Both the position numbers and the translations under genes were made by a program. This document shows, in pieces, positions 25,057 to 35,027 of a DNA stretch of 35,027 nt. The number at the start of each line of letters is the position of its first letter. Position 1 is the first letter of the stretch. Under the pieces are notes generated by a model. It was not told the DNA's origin and searched no databases. It saw only the letters and a program-made list of their open reading frames with translations. The DNA is from Pelomyxa schiedti (lineage: Eukaryota > Protista > Evosea): assembly GCA_020536535.1 (NCBI GenBank), contig JAHLWZ010000175.1, positions 1 to 35,027 on the forward strand. The letters run 5' to 3'.

Positions 25057-26846
25057 TCAAAGGCTATGGCCAATGGTAAGAGACGAGAATGACGAGAATG
25101 ATGGGAATGCTGATGAGAGTGATGAACCTCCATCAGGGGAAATGATGTACTGCAGTGAAAGAGCTATTGTGAGGCCCATAGTGATGAGGCAGAAGAGGTT
25201 CTGCCAAAACTGGAACGTGGGTATTGAGCTTACTGAAACTTGGCACTTCTGGGACAGCATAACCTTCATGTTGGTGTGGAGTTAGGTTTTATCATGTAAT
25301 TGCGGAAGTGGTTGATAGGAGTAGCGATACCAAAACTACCGCTGAAGGTGTTGCGCATTCAATGCACAATACCAGTTTAAAGAGCGGCTCGTCCCTGACA
25401 AGGCCCAGTAATATTCCGGCCACAACACAACCAAGACCTAGTTCAAGGTAAACAAAAGAAGACATCAGTTACTTCAGGGGCTCACATATCGCTAAGCAAA
25501 TGACGACTTTTATAATAAGGCAAGCTATCAAGAAGGTGAACCCTGGTACCAGTTAGAGGCATTTTTCCAATCGAGAAGCCATACCAAACTCTTTATTGTT
25601 TGGACCTTTGGAAAGTGTGCCTCCAAGTACTAGGTTACTTAGTGGTGTGCAAATAGCACCAATAGAGTTGCACAGAGTCCATACAAATCGTAGTGTACCA
25701 CCTTCAACAAATAAACTGGAAGAAATCGATCACATTCCTGCTGCTGAGTGTGGATAGTGACCTTTTGGTCCAAGGAATCAACCCTATAGTAAGGGAAAAC
25801 GCCAGAGATGCATTGTTGAGTGTCAGAAGTCTAGCTAGAGTCTCTTTCACCTTAAAGAGAGACTGAGGACACCTCGATGCCTTTTTTGGGGAGGTGATTG
25901 TCTCTAAATAGCTGCGTATGAAAAACGGAAGCCTAAGAAAGAGCGTGAAGGAGTACCATGTGAATTATCACTGGATGTCTCAACTTTTTCAAGTTCGACA
26001 TCATCTTCAGTATTTTTATAAAGCCTTTCGGCTGTATTCATATAATTGTATCCCCAAGTCCACATCAGAACAGTTTGGGGAACGCAAAATATCTGAAGAG
26101 ATTTAGGACAGACATAATGGGATAAAAGAGCATACAGTTATATATGCGAATCCTAAGATTTTATTGTTTACTGGGTCAGAGTTAAATGGTTCCACATTAT
26201 ACACCAAAAATTCCTGAAACGTGTGAGAGGAATCTTCCTTGGTTTGTCTTTGTTACCTACCACGATCATGTATGGGAGAAAGCCACAGTTTATGAACATG
26301 AAATTGAGGATTACAGCTCTACACTTTTCATCCAAACTCTCTACAGTAGAAGTCTTTGCTGTTGCAAAAAATCGTGTATGGCAGAGTACAAGTGTCAATA
26401 TTTTCGCGGCAATGAAACCAACTACAATGAACAGAACTGGGTACACGATTCTATGGGAAGGTAAATTGCCCTTGGGAGTTTTGTAAAGGTTACACTGCAA
26501 ATGAATTACGCACAATGTCCACCATTCCAAAATTGTATTTACATCAAGACCCACGCTCAATGTAGCAAAATTTAAGCACGGGAGTCCAACGTAAGTCACA
26601 ATCTGCAGAATTTTTACATTTACTGTACAATAGAAAAGTAAAATTAACTGTACTCGTTGACTGCAACGCTTGCTCTGGCATGAACTTGAACTTTACGAGA
26701 GCGGCACCACCAACACACGCGTAAACAAGCGGCAAAAGGGACAAGAAACCGGACAAAAACGCAGTCACAATCAGAGGCCTGGTAATACGTACGACTGATG
26801 AGATCTTGTTGTATTAATAATACACGAGTGTTACTCACAGTGCCAT
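25057..26846 (-). CDS. Auxin-efflux-carrier / PIN-LIKES (Mem_trans) family membrane transporter
   Basis: About 5+5 TM layout around a hydrophilic loop. Motifs LPCLNF, FINCGFLPYMIV, IGAICTPLSNLVLGGTL, DEPLLKLVLCIECATPSA, FWQNL. Confidence 0.8.
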
Positions 26847-27046
26847 CAGCCACAAACGAGGGAACGCAATATCCGGTTATGAGAACACATCACCAATGGA
26901 ATGAATACCGTTATCTCCCCTACAAGTAGACTGAGGAAGCTTCAAGGTCACCTCGATGCTATTCCAATCGGTACCTGCATTCACCATTCTTTAGGCCCTA
27001 AAGAATCCTGGCCAGTGAGATCCAGAATGCGGAAACAAGTTCGACG

Positions 27047-27671
27047 ATGTCGGTTGGGTTTGTTGTTGCGGACTGTGCTGTGATGTCGGCTGTCAACGTG
27101 GCGATGTATCCACTGCTGCCTCGTGACATACCTGTTCACTTTGATTGGCGTCTCAGGCCAGATTGGGTGACACACAAGGCTGTGCTCTTCGGCGCACTGG
27201 ATTTGGGCTTTGGTGAGTGATGGATATTCATCCAAACAGTTTGGCGGCACGCTAAATAGATACAGGGTTGAGTGAAGTGTTGGAAGGAAATAACTAACAG
27301 GTTCCCCTTGCTACACAGTTTTACTGGTGGCTTTGCTGTGGTACTGGATACCTCACAAAATACGAGAGAGCAGGGGCAGATGGGCCCAGCCAATGAAGAT
27401 ACCAGACCGTGACTGGTGGGCACAGAACCCGCGGCGGCAGGAGGCTGCGAAATTGGCCATGATCAAGCGGATGAGACTGCTTGGAGCCGCTGGCGGCCTG
27501 TGGATGGCCTCGCTTCTTGCACTCAGTGCCTCGTATCAGTTCGGCGTTGGTCCTGGCTGGATTGTTGCTGCGGCTGTCGTGTGGCTTGCGTTTGTGCTGT
27601 GGTGGGCAATCAGTCTGAATCCCCATTTGAAGAAACTGAGAAGGGAACTGGAGAGGGATGAGAATAATTAA
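27047..27671 (+). CDS. DUF1648-like small integral membrane protein, one intron
   Basis: YPLLPRDIPVHFDWRLRPDWVTHK matches the DUF1648 pattern YxxLPxxIPxHF...D....K. It is followed by KIPDRDWW...RR and further TM helices. Confidence 0.7.
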
Positions 27672-27760
27672 TGCTGAAGAGGCCCACTGTGTTCACAACA
27701 ATGAGAGTGTGAGTGAGAATCAACACGAGACAAAAGAAAATGTTATGTTTTATGCCTTCT

Positions 27761-28936
27761 TTAGGCATAGCACAGATAAAAATGTATCATCTGCAGTTCC
27801 ATAACATGCAGACCCTGTGCGTAGCTATTCACTCCCAAGCGTGGAATTGTGGCAGCACAAGCCAAAGCAAACACACAACGACTCTGGTGCACTTCCAGTA
27901 ACTGCCTTACAACATGGCCAACGTACCTCCCGTGGGGCAGTTTGTAAGTAAAGTCCCAGTGTCTTGCTGTGTTACGTGCAAAACTATAAAGTGATGAAGA
28001 TGAAGCCACAACTTCAAACAAGGGAACTCCGCTGCCCGCAATTGCATTAGGGTTGTATAGTGGAGACTTGCTGAGTATATCCAAAAATTCAGGTGCAAGG
28101 GCAGCCATTTGGATGGTGGAGCCAACCATTGTTTGCGTACACCTCTCAAGGAGGGACTTGGCCGTGGTGTCTTTAACATGTGATAAGCAAAGAAGGTGAA
28201 TAGCAACCACAACACAGTATGTGATGCTGGAACAACCGTTGGTGGTATCCAGAATTTCAGTTGCAATGGCATTGACGTGACCAATGCAACTGTTGGAGAT
28301 GCGCACAAATTTCTCCTTGAGAGACACAGCGGCGACGTGCCGTGGCTTCGTCGAGTAAGACGAGAATATCAAAATATCTTGCAAGGCAAGCTGCATAGTT
28401 TTTGTGCACTCCACAGCGCCACACTTCGCGAATTCGGCCGTCAATCCAAGAGTCTTCCCACAGGCGAAAAGTTGCTCGATTGACATCTTGCTGACAACGT
28501 TCTTCGCAGCAAAGGCGTCGCCCAACGTCTGCCACGTTGCCAGTGCCCTCACCAGCCTGGCGGCCCTCCCCGATCTCGACTCTGATGCCGGCGCTGGCAA
28601 CCACCCCTGGATATTGAACTTGGGGTTCCTCACCACCGCCTCGACCGCGGTCCAGTGCGCCCCCCGGGCCGCCGCGTACTCGAGCGGGCACACGGGCGCC
28701 CCGTCCATCTCCAGCGACGCCGCGTTGGGGTCGAAGGCCCCGTCGGCGGCCAGCACGCACGCCGCCGTGCCGCACCACGGCTTGCTGCAGCACGCGGCGA
28801 AGCGGAAGGGCAGCAGCCTCGCCCAGTCCTCCGCCGTGCTCCGTGCCTTGAGGTGCGCAAGAGACTCGCCCGTGGTGATGCCCAACTCCACCAGGTTGCG
28901 CTCCAGCTCGGCAACACACTCTTGTACGGCATCCAT
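27761..28936 (-). CDS. Intronless 391-aa hypothetical protein with degenerate ankyrin-like units
   Basis: Uninterrupted ORF. FDPNA...CPLEYAAARG...VEAVV and YNPNA...VPLFEVVA resemble ankyrin repeat junctions. Confidence 0.65.
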   Translation of the reverse strand: MDAVQECVAELERNLVELGITTGESLAHLKARSTAEDWARLLPFRFAACCSKPWCGTAACVLAADGAFDPNAASLEMDGAPVCPLEYAAARGAHWTAVEAVVRNPKFNIQGWLPAPASESRSGRAARLVRALATWQTLGDAFAAKNVVSKMSIEQLFACGKTLGLTAEFAKCGAVECTKTMQLALQDILIFSSYSTKPRHVAAVSLKEKFVRISNSCIGHVNAIATEILDTTNGCSSITYCVVVAIHLLCLSHVKDTTAKSLLERCTQTMVGSTIQMAALAPEFLDILSKSPLYNPNAIAGSGVPLFEVVASSSSLYSFARNTARHWDFTYKLPHGRYVGHVVRQLLEVHQSRCVFALACAATIPRLGVNSYAQGLHVMELQMIHFYLCYA

Positions 28937-29399
28937 TCACGTTTTCTTTAGGCTAAAATGGACAAGTGGTTATGTGGTTCTGGCACTTGAAGCGCGAGAT
29001 AAAACAAAAGGGAAGACTACAACAACAAAAGACTTTCTTATTTGTTACCAACTTTCCGGGTGGTGTTTGTTTTGTGTGCTAGAAAGGTACCACAAGGGTG
29101 TGAGTAAGTGATGTGGATAAAGGAAAGGTGTTTGGTGGGAGTTACCACTAACCAATCAGAAGGTATCCAGAGTCAAGCAGAGGTCCAGGTCAACGGTCTG
29201 TTTCAAGAAAAAGGGTGGAAAAGTATTCAAGACTGTTTGGAAGGTCACACCTTAAGGGGACTGCCACACCCTTGTGCAAGGATGTGGGGAGTTGCGTGTT
29301 GGTGGGAGAAGAAGAAATCTACAAAATCATCCTGATGTTTTTTTTGCTTTTTTGGGTAATAATAATACAGGTGAGAAGTGAGTTGACGGGAATCATAGA

Positions 29400-31304
29400 T
29401 CATAAAAGTCTTAGTATGTTTGAGTCTATGTCTCCCGTATTTGTAAAGTAGCCAGGATCAACAAATAGTTCAGAGTATGACGGAACCGGAGATTGGCACG
29501 GTGCTCTGAATGGATCCTCAGCCCAGGTACTAGTAGAGTCCAGTGAAGTGCAGGTATTGTCTTGTACGTCATCCTGTTGTGTGGCAGATTTAATCTCAAA
29601 TAGGCAGGAAGGTGAAGATGTGGAGGGGTATTCTGCTGTTAAGGAGAGAGGGAATAGAGGTGAACACACATTGGTGAACAAGTCGTCAATCCCTGAAGGT
29701 GATGTAATGCTTGGTGAAGACGCCGGTGTGGAAGAAGGTGATAGCGGCGGGTGAGTTGGTGAGGGGGACATGGCCGGGGGGGTTTCTAAAGGCGAAGTTT
29801 CATACGAGAATGTGGATACAAGTGGGTTTGGGGTCGGCAATGAAGGCGGCCTTGCACAAATAGGTTGTTGAGAGGCAACCAGACCAGACTCGTAGTATGG
29901 AACCGCGGTATAGCAAGGTAATAGCACAGCACTTGCTAGGTTGTCCAGTAGGGCATGCCAAGTGGGTACTCCTACTTTGCCTTGGCAGGAAAATAGTCTG
30001 TTTATTCGTTCTTGCCTTTCTGCTGGGGGTGTGAGAAGATAAGCTTGAAGTAATGCCTCCAAAGATTCCTCCAGAGAAGACTTCACAAACTCGCTTCCTG
30101 ATTCAACTTGCAAGTTCTCCTGGATCTGATTGTTCGGGAAGGAGTCAGTGATTGGGGAAAAAATGCTAGGGGTAAAAGTAGGGGTGCTGACTTGGTGTTG
30201 GGAGGCTGCGACCCCACAGCTCTCATCTACTTCCAATTTTCTCTCTACAGTACACAAAATCGGTGTGGGGACTGCTGTGTTTGTTGTGTTGTGAGCTGGG
30301 TGAGTGCCCTTACACATTTGTGATTCAACCTGGTTTACTGCGTCTTGTTGCTGTTCCTGGTTGTTAGAGATTTGAAGTCCTTGTGCTGGAACTTGTGAGG
30401 GTAAAGGCGTTGCTACTACCAGTGAAGGTGAGCAAATATGAGGAGGCGGAACTACTGTGATACAATCCAAAGGCTTGACTTCCACGCAACACCTCTTGGA
30501 ACTCCTTTCAGCTGCCTGAGACGGTATGGTCCCTCTTCTGCGTTTCCCCAAGGCGCTGGAGTTGTCCTCCTCAATTAACTCTCCTTGTGCTGTCCTCGTT
30601 CTTCTCCTCCCACCGCACTTGCCCTGAGTTGGTCTTCTCTCCTTGTGCTGGGTGTCAGCTTTGGAAATGACCCTGATTGCAGGTGACAGGCACTGGTAAA
30701 CTGACTCCGAATTAACAGCTGCGAAACGAACGCGGAAAGCGGAATCCTCATGCTGACTGGTAAGGACTCGCAATCTCATCTCAATCTTCACGTTAGTGCC
30801 AGAGCCTCGCTTGTCAACAAAAGCAGTAGTGTCCAGTGGCGAAGCGCGGATGTAGTCTACAGGCTTGAGTTCTGCAGAGTCGTAGACGAGCTGTGCTGAG
30901 ACCGTAGCTTGCCGTAGGTCAAAGGAGGACTCGAGTTCGGCAATGTATGGAGCGTTTTTGACAACCACGAGACGGACGGAGCTGTCGTCGGGGTCGAAAT
31001 CAGGCAGGGAGCAAACTGTAGTGTTCGAGGGTTGTATTCTCTCGCGATACAACGAAGTTATCGAGCGGATCTTGAGAGCTCTGTTTTCTTTGGCGGGCGA
31101 GATCGCGCCGTACGCTGGCGACAGCGGAGGTGGCGGCGTTGTCGAAATTGTGGAGGGAGACGAGATCGGTGACGATGCGGCGACGAGTTTGAGTGGTACT
31201 GCCGACTCCTCGCTTTCCTCAAAATTGGTGGCGTTTGTGTATACAGGTGATGCGGATGCGGATGCGGAAGATCTGCGGCCGGTGTTCTTTCTTGTGCCCT
31301 TCAT
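29400..31304 (-). CDS. Second, intronless CudA-family transcription factor
   Basis: VVVKNAPY...FDLRQATVSAQLVYDSAELKPVDYIRASPL...IEMRLRVLTSQHEDSAFRVRF...AIRVISK aligns by eye with the gene at 1862. First ATG at 31304. Confidence 0.85.
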   Translation of the reverse strand: MKGTRKNTGRRSSASASASPVYTNATNFEESEESAVPLKLVAASSPISSPSTISTTPPPPLSPAYGAISPAKENRALKIRSITSLYRERIQPSNTTVCSLPDFDPDDSSVRLVVVKNAPYIAELESSFDLRQATVSAQLVYDSAELKPVDYIRASPLDTTAFVDKRGSGTNVKIEMRLRVLTSQHEDSAFRVRFAAVNSESVYQCLSPAIRVISKADTQHKERRPTQGKCGGRRRTRTAQGELIEEDNSSALGKRRRGTIPSQAAERSSKRCCVEVKPLDCITVVPPPHICSPSLVVATPLPSQVPAQGLQISNNQEQQQDAVNQVESQMCKGTHPAHNTTNTAVPTPILCTVERKLEVDESCGVAASQHQVSTPTFTPSIFSPITDSFPNNQIQENLQVESGSEFVKSSLEESLEALLQAYLLTPPAERQERINRLFSCQGKVGVPTWHALLDNLASAVLLPCYTAVPYYESGLVASQQPICARPPSLPTPNPLVSTFSYETSPLETPPAMSPSPTHPPLSPSSTPASSPSITSPSGIDDLFTNVCSPLFPLSLTAEYPSTSSPSCLFEIKSATQQDDVQDNTCTSLDSTSTWAEDPFRAPCQSPVPSYSELFVDPGYFTNTGDIDSNILRLL

Positions 31305-31416
31305 TTGGGTGTCGCGTGGCGTGTTGGTTGTGTGGCGATTTTTTTTTTTGTTTCTTTGTGACAAATGCTGGTTTTTTTTTTCCGTGTTGCGAATAATAAA
31401 AATATTTTGAGTAATT

Positions 31417-31630
31417 GCCGCAGTTGAATCAGAAAGGAACTTTCAGGCCTGAAAGTCCACCTACTTGGCATTCTCCCGAGCGGGAGAGAAGCTCCCCCGT
31501 TGTTAACTCCACAGTCCTCTGGGATTCAAAGTGTCCCTCTGTAAGGTTCGAAGCCGGAGAGATCTTCGTGCCAAGTTACGCGAACAACAACTGATCAAGG
31601 GAGGTACACCGCGGGGTGTGTATTTTTTTT
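31417..31630 (+). ncRNA. Candidate structured non-coding RNA or palindromic regulatory element in a divergent intergenic region
   Basis: Nested inverted repeats, a perfect 18-bp palindrome, a B-box-like GGTTCGAAGCC, and a terminal hairpin followed by T8. Confidence 0.4.
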
Positions 31631-31745
31631 CATCTTGGCATTTTGTTGAAAAAACCCAGCCCGTGTGTTGCTTGCCTAGGCACCAATCCCCTGCGTGTAT
31701 GATGCCAACCTACGGAAGCAAAACTAACAGCACTCAAAGTAAAAA

Positions 31746-33409
31746 ATGGCGACTGAGGTTAAGCCGTCGGATACCGAGGGTCAGCCCCTGCTTCCACGTG
31801 CAAAAAATGCGTCCGTGCTTTCTAGTACCATAAGCGTCATCAAAATTACCATTGGTGCGGGCATTCTTACACTCCCGTTCGACTTCAGCGTCTTGGGCTT
31901 GGGCACCTCTATCATGTGCATTTTCTGTTTTTTTTTGACATCTCAGCAATGCGATTTGCTCACTTCTTTTAGTGCTCTTTGTGTTTTCGGTGTTATTTTA
32001 CTCCTTTCTTCTTTTTTTATAGCGTCAAGCAGTGAACTAAGTACCTACTTCCTACTTGTTTTGTTTATTAATTTTTTTCAGTTCAAGAGCGTAAAGAAAG
32101 GGAGGGTATAAAAAATTACCAAGTTTCTTTCTACGACTTATCTCGTGAGGTTGTGTGTGAAGTTATGACCTTCGCGGTAACAAAGCAAAAAGATTATTCC
32201 ATGGGGCTACATTGTTGTTGACGCTTCTTTCGTCATTATCGCCTTTGGGGCATGTTCATCATACCTCATCATCATAGGTGAGTGAGAAGAGACTGCTTCA
32301 CAACTCACAATGTGCAGGTCAATTGCTACCACAGATGTTTTTCGTTACAGGGAGTCCAACACTGATCGGCTGGGCCCCTTCTTCCTTTTTTTGTTGTACC
32401 CTTGCAGCATGCATACTGTTTCCTGTGTGCTTCCTAAAGAAGCTAGATAGCTTGAAATTTCTCAGGTCAATTGTGTTTGATACTGGCGTTACAAATAACT
32501 TTTTGCAGTGCCGTTGGCTTTTTTGGAGTTCTTGGAATTACTGCACTGATTATGGCCCTTTACTTTATACTTGGACAGACACCACTTCCAATTGTTTGGT
32601 TTGCCCCCATACACCTGAAATCATTGCAAGTACTGTCTATTTTCGTATTCGCGTACTGCAGTCATGTCAATGTTAGTTCCTTTATGACATTTTTTGGTTT
32701 GTTTATCTCAATATAGGCATGTGCAATTTTCAACGAACTTGGGAAGCCAAAGAATGTTTTACGTGCAGACATCACTTTCTCTGCAGCGCAGCTTTGTGTA
32801 TTCGTAATATATGCACTCACAGGAGTGTTTGGGTATCTAACATTTGGGCCACTGGTTTTGCCCAATGTTCTCCAAAACTGTACTTTTCCATTCTCGCCAT
32901 TCTGAGATCCATGCTAAAAAATGAAAAGATAACTCTGGAATAGTGGCACTAGTGGCACAACTTAACACAGTTTTCATTGTATTTTCGTCATATCCTCTTC
33001 TCATGTACCCTTGCCGGTCGAGCTCCATTTCCCTTTTCAATGGGTTATTGAAGGAACATGCGTGGTGGGATAACTATAAGGAATTGATAGCTCCGGTATG
33101 TACCTGTCTGTCACTTTTTTGTATTCCTAACAAAGCAAAAAGGCCGTTCTCGTACCTCTCACATATCTCCTTGCAATTTCCAAAGCGCAACTGGATACTG
33201 TCTTTGCGTTCGTGGGCGCCACCGCTGGGAACATTTCCACCATTGTTGTTCCCAGCCTGTGCTACTATCTCCTTCTAGGCAGAGAGAAGCACTATCGCTC
33301 CGACAAGTCCGGAGTGCACTTCCTCAGAGGCCTCACCCTCACCACCTCCATCATAGGCGGTGTCCTCCTTGTAGTCTGTCTAACAGCCCTCCTCGTCGAC
33401 TTCTTCTGA
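31746..33409 (+). CDS. Amino-acid transporter, AAAP/Aa_trans (SLC38/AVT-like) family
   Basis: ASVLSSTISVIKITIGAGILTLPF, FGAC.SYLIIIG, FPVCFLKKLDSLKF, IFVFAYCSHVN, GVFGYLTFG, SYPLLMYPCR, FVGATAG...VPSLCY. Confidence 0.92.
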
Positions 33410-33473
33410 AGAGAACCCCTTTTGTGAATTTGAAGCCTCATTTTCTTGGAAAACAGACCATCTTTTCATCGCA

Positions 33474-35024
33474 ATGGACACAACGAGTAGCCCATCGTCG
33501 TCGACCACAGTACCAACGACGAAGGCGAGACCAAGGATTGCGGTGCACGGCAGCACGTTCCATTTGGACGACGCCACGTGCGTGTTCATGCTCAAGCAGC
33601 TCCCACAATGGCGCGACGCGGAGGTGGTCCNNNNNNNNNNNNNNNNNNNNNNNNNNNNNNNNNNNNNNNNNNNNNNNNNNNNNNNNNNNNNNNNNNNNNN
33701 NNNNNNNNNNNNNNNNNNNNNNNNNNNNNNGTACCAACGACGAAGGCGAGACCAAGGATTGCGGTGCACGGCAGCACGTTCCATTTGGACGACGCCACGT
33801 GCGTGTTCATGCTCAAGCAGCTCCCACAATGGCGCGACGCGGAGGTGGTCCGGGAGGTGGTTGCCGACGAGGCGCGGCTGGCGGCGTGCGACGTCGTCTG
33901 CGACTTTGGGGGGTCGTACAACCACGCCGCGAGGCGATACGATCACCACCAAAAGGGGTACTTTGAGTGCTTCTCGCCAAAGTTCGCAAAGATAAAGATG
34001 GCCGCCACCGGGCTGGTGTACAGGCATTATGGGAGGGACGTCATCAGGGCACTGTCCTCTGTGGAACTGGATCCAGTGCAACTGGAGAAAGTTTGTTTGC
34101 TTTCTTGTCTGTCTACATTTGTAAATATTATTGTAATATGTTCTCTCAAATGGAATTCTACTCGAACCAGCTGGTGTCATATTCTAAAGAGTTTAGGTTT
34201 ATAACAAGCTCTATGAAGAGCTTTTGGCCTCTGTGGATGGACCTGACAATGGAATTAATGCATATCCGGAGGATGTGGAACCTCTTTTTTATGACCACAC
34301 CTCCCTTCATGAGAGAGTATCTTCGTTGAACCCACGATGGAACCAGGTTTGCACTGATGAAACAAGATTAATTGGTTTCATGAAGTAAGCTGAAGTCACA
34401 TGCTTCCAACCATTAACATGCATTTAGGGCAGTTGAACTTGCTGGTGAGGCATTCAGGGATTCCCTTTCTTTTTTGGTAGAGTCTTGGCTACCTTCTAGA
34501 CTTATCGTTGAGCAAGCGTGAGTGAGTCCGCTTTGAATTACCTTATTTTTCACATCACCTAGATATAACTCACGCACGCGGCACCACCCCTCTGGTCACA
34601 TCATGGTATTTGAGACACCAGCACCCTGGAAGGACCACTTACGTGATATTGAAGAAGAAGAGGCGAGTGCTCGCACCCCAGGTTCCGCTCCATCCCCATT
34701 GGTGCTCTATGGTCTTGTTTTTGACAACGCTCGCAACCAGTGGGCTGCTGTCTGTGTCACGAAGAAAAAAGGTATACACCACGCTGTTATACCTGAAATC
34801 CTTCTCCTAACAATTGTAAAAAAAAAAAAGGGTCATTCCAGAACCGCCTCTCGTTCCCGGAAAGCTGGCGTGGCCTCGTTAACGAGAAGCTCACGGCAGT
34901 CACAGGAATTCCCGGCTCACAATTTGTGCATGCCTCGGGGTTTCTGGCTTGCAATGCAACACTCGAGGGTGCCATCCAAATGACAGCAACCTCAGTCGAG
35001 ATGCAGAGAGACTCACTCCCTTAA
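33474..35024 (+). CDS. MYG1: MYG1 (UPF0160) family DHH-type exonuclease
   Basis: IAVHGSTFHLDD, CDVVCDFGG.Y.....YDHHQ, AATGLVYRHYG, VDGPDNGI, LNPRWN, PWKDHL, FPESWRGL, FVHASGF. TAA at 35022-35024. Confidence 0.92.
33510..33851. other. 100-N scaffold gap flanked by an identical 121-bp direct duplication (assembly artefact)
   Basis: 33510-33630 equals 33731-33851. Collapsing the two copies restores a continuous MYG1 frame. Confidence 0.9.
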
Positions 35025-35027
35025 CCT

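Noticed and set aside
31434-31560. Glycine riboswitch (AACTTTCAGG, GGAGAGA) or tRNA/tRNA-Sec upstream of the amino-acid transporter
   Set aside because: The riboswitch motifs are in the wrong order and lack the CCGAAG element. No proper T-stem or cloverleaf forms around GGTTCGAAGCC.
33510-33851. 121-bp direct repeat in MYG1 as a real duplication or insertion site
   Set aside because: The identical copies abut a round 100-N gap, which is typical of unmerged overlapping contig ends.

Overview
This is gene-dense eukaryotic nuclear DNA with many short (about 35-75 nt) GT-AG introns and intergenic gaps mostly of 60-500 bp. Two CudA-family transcription factors and an anaerobe-type iron-sulfur flavoprotein suggest an anaerobic amoebozoan such as an archamoeba (inference). 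After manual splicing, the genes in order are: TANGO2/NRDE protein (+), CudA-like factor (+), two tandem RhoGEF DH-PH genes (-), a membrane-anchored Moco-sulfurase-like PLP enzyme lacking MOSC (+), a disrupted PARP-like ART plus WWE gene (-), phosphatidylinositol synthase (-), a Cdc123-like ATP-grasp with a CaaX tail (-), a myristoylated EF-hand calcium sensor (+), iron-sulfur flavoprotein (+), a large hypothetical protein (-), a PILS-type transporter (-), a DUF1648 membrane protein (+), an intronless ankyrin-like hypothetical (-), an intronless second CudA-like gene (-), an amino-acid transporter (+) and MYG1 (+, spanning an artefactual gap). The most interesting unexplained signals are a roughly 210-nt highly structured intergenic element (31417-31630, candidate Pol III ncRNA), the multiply frameshifted PARP-WWE module, and three normally soluble enzyme families carrying apparent membrane anchors. 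I could not identify a clear new multi-gene system. All family assignments come from motif recognition by eye; no database searches were run.
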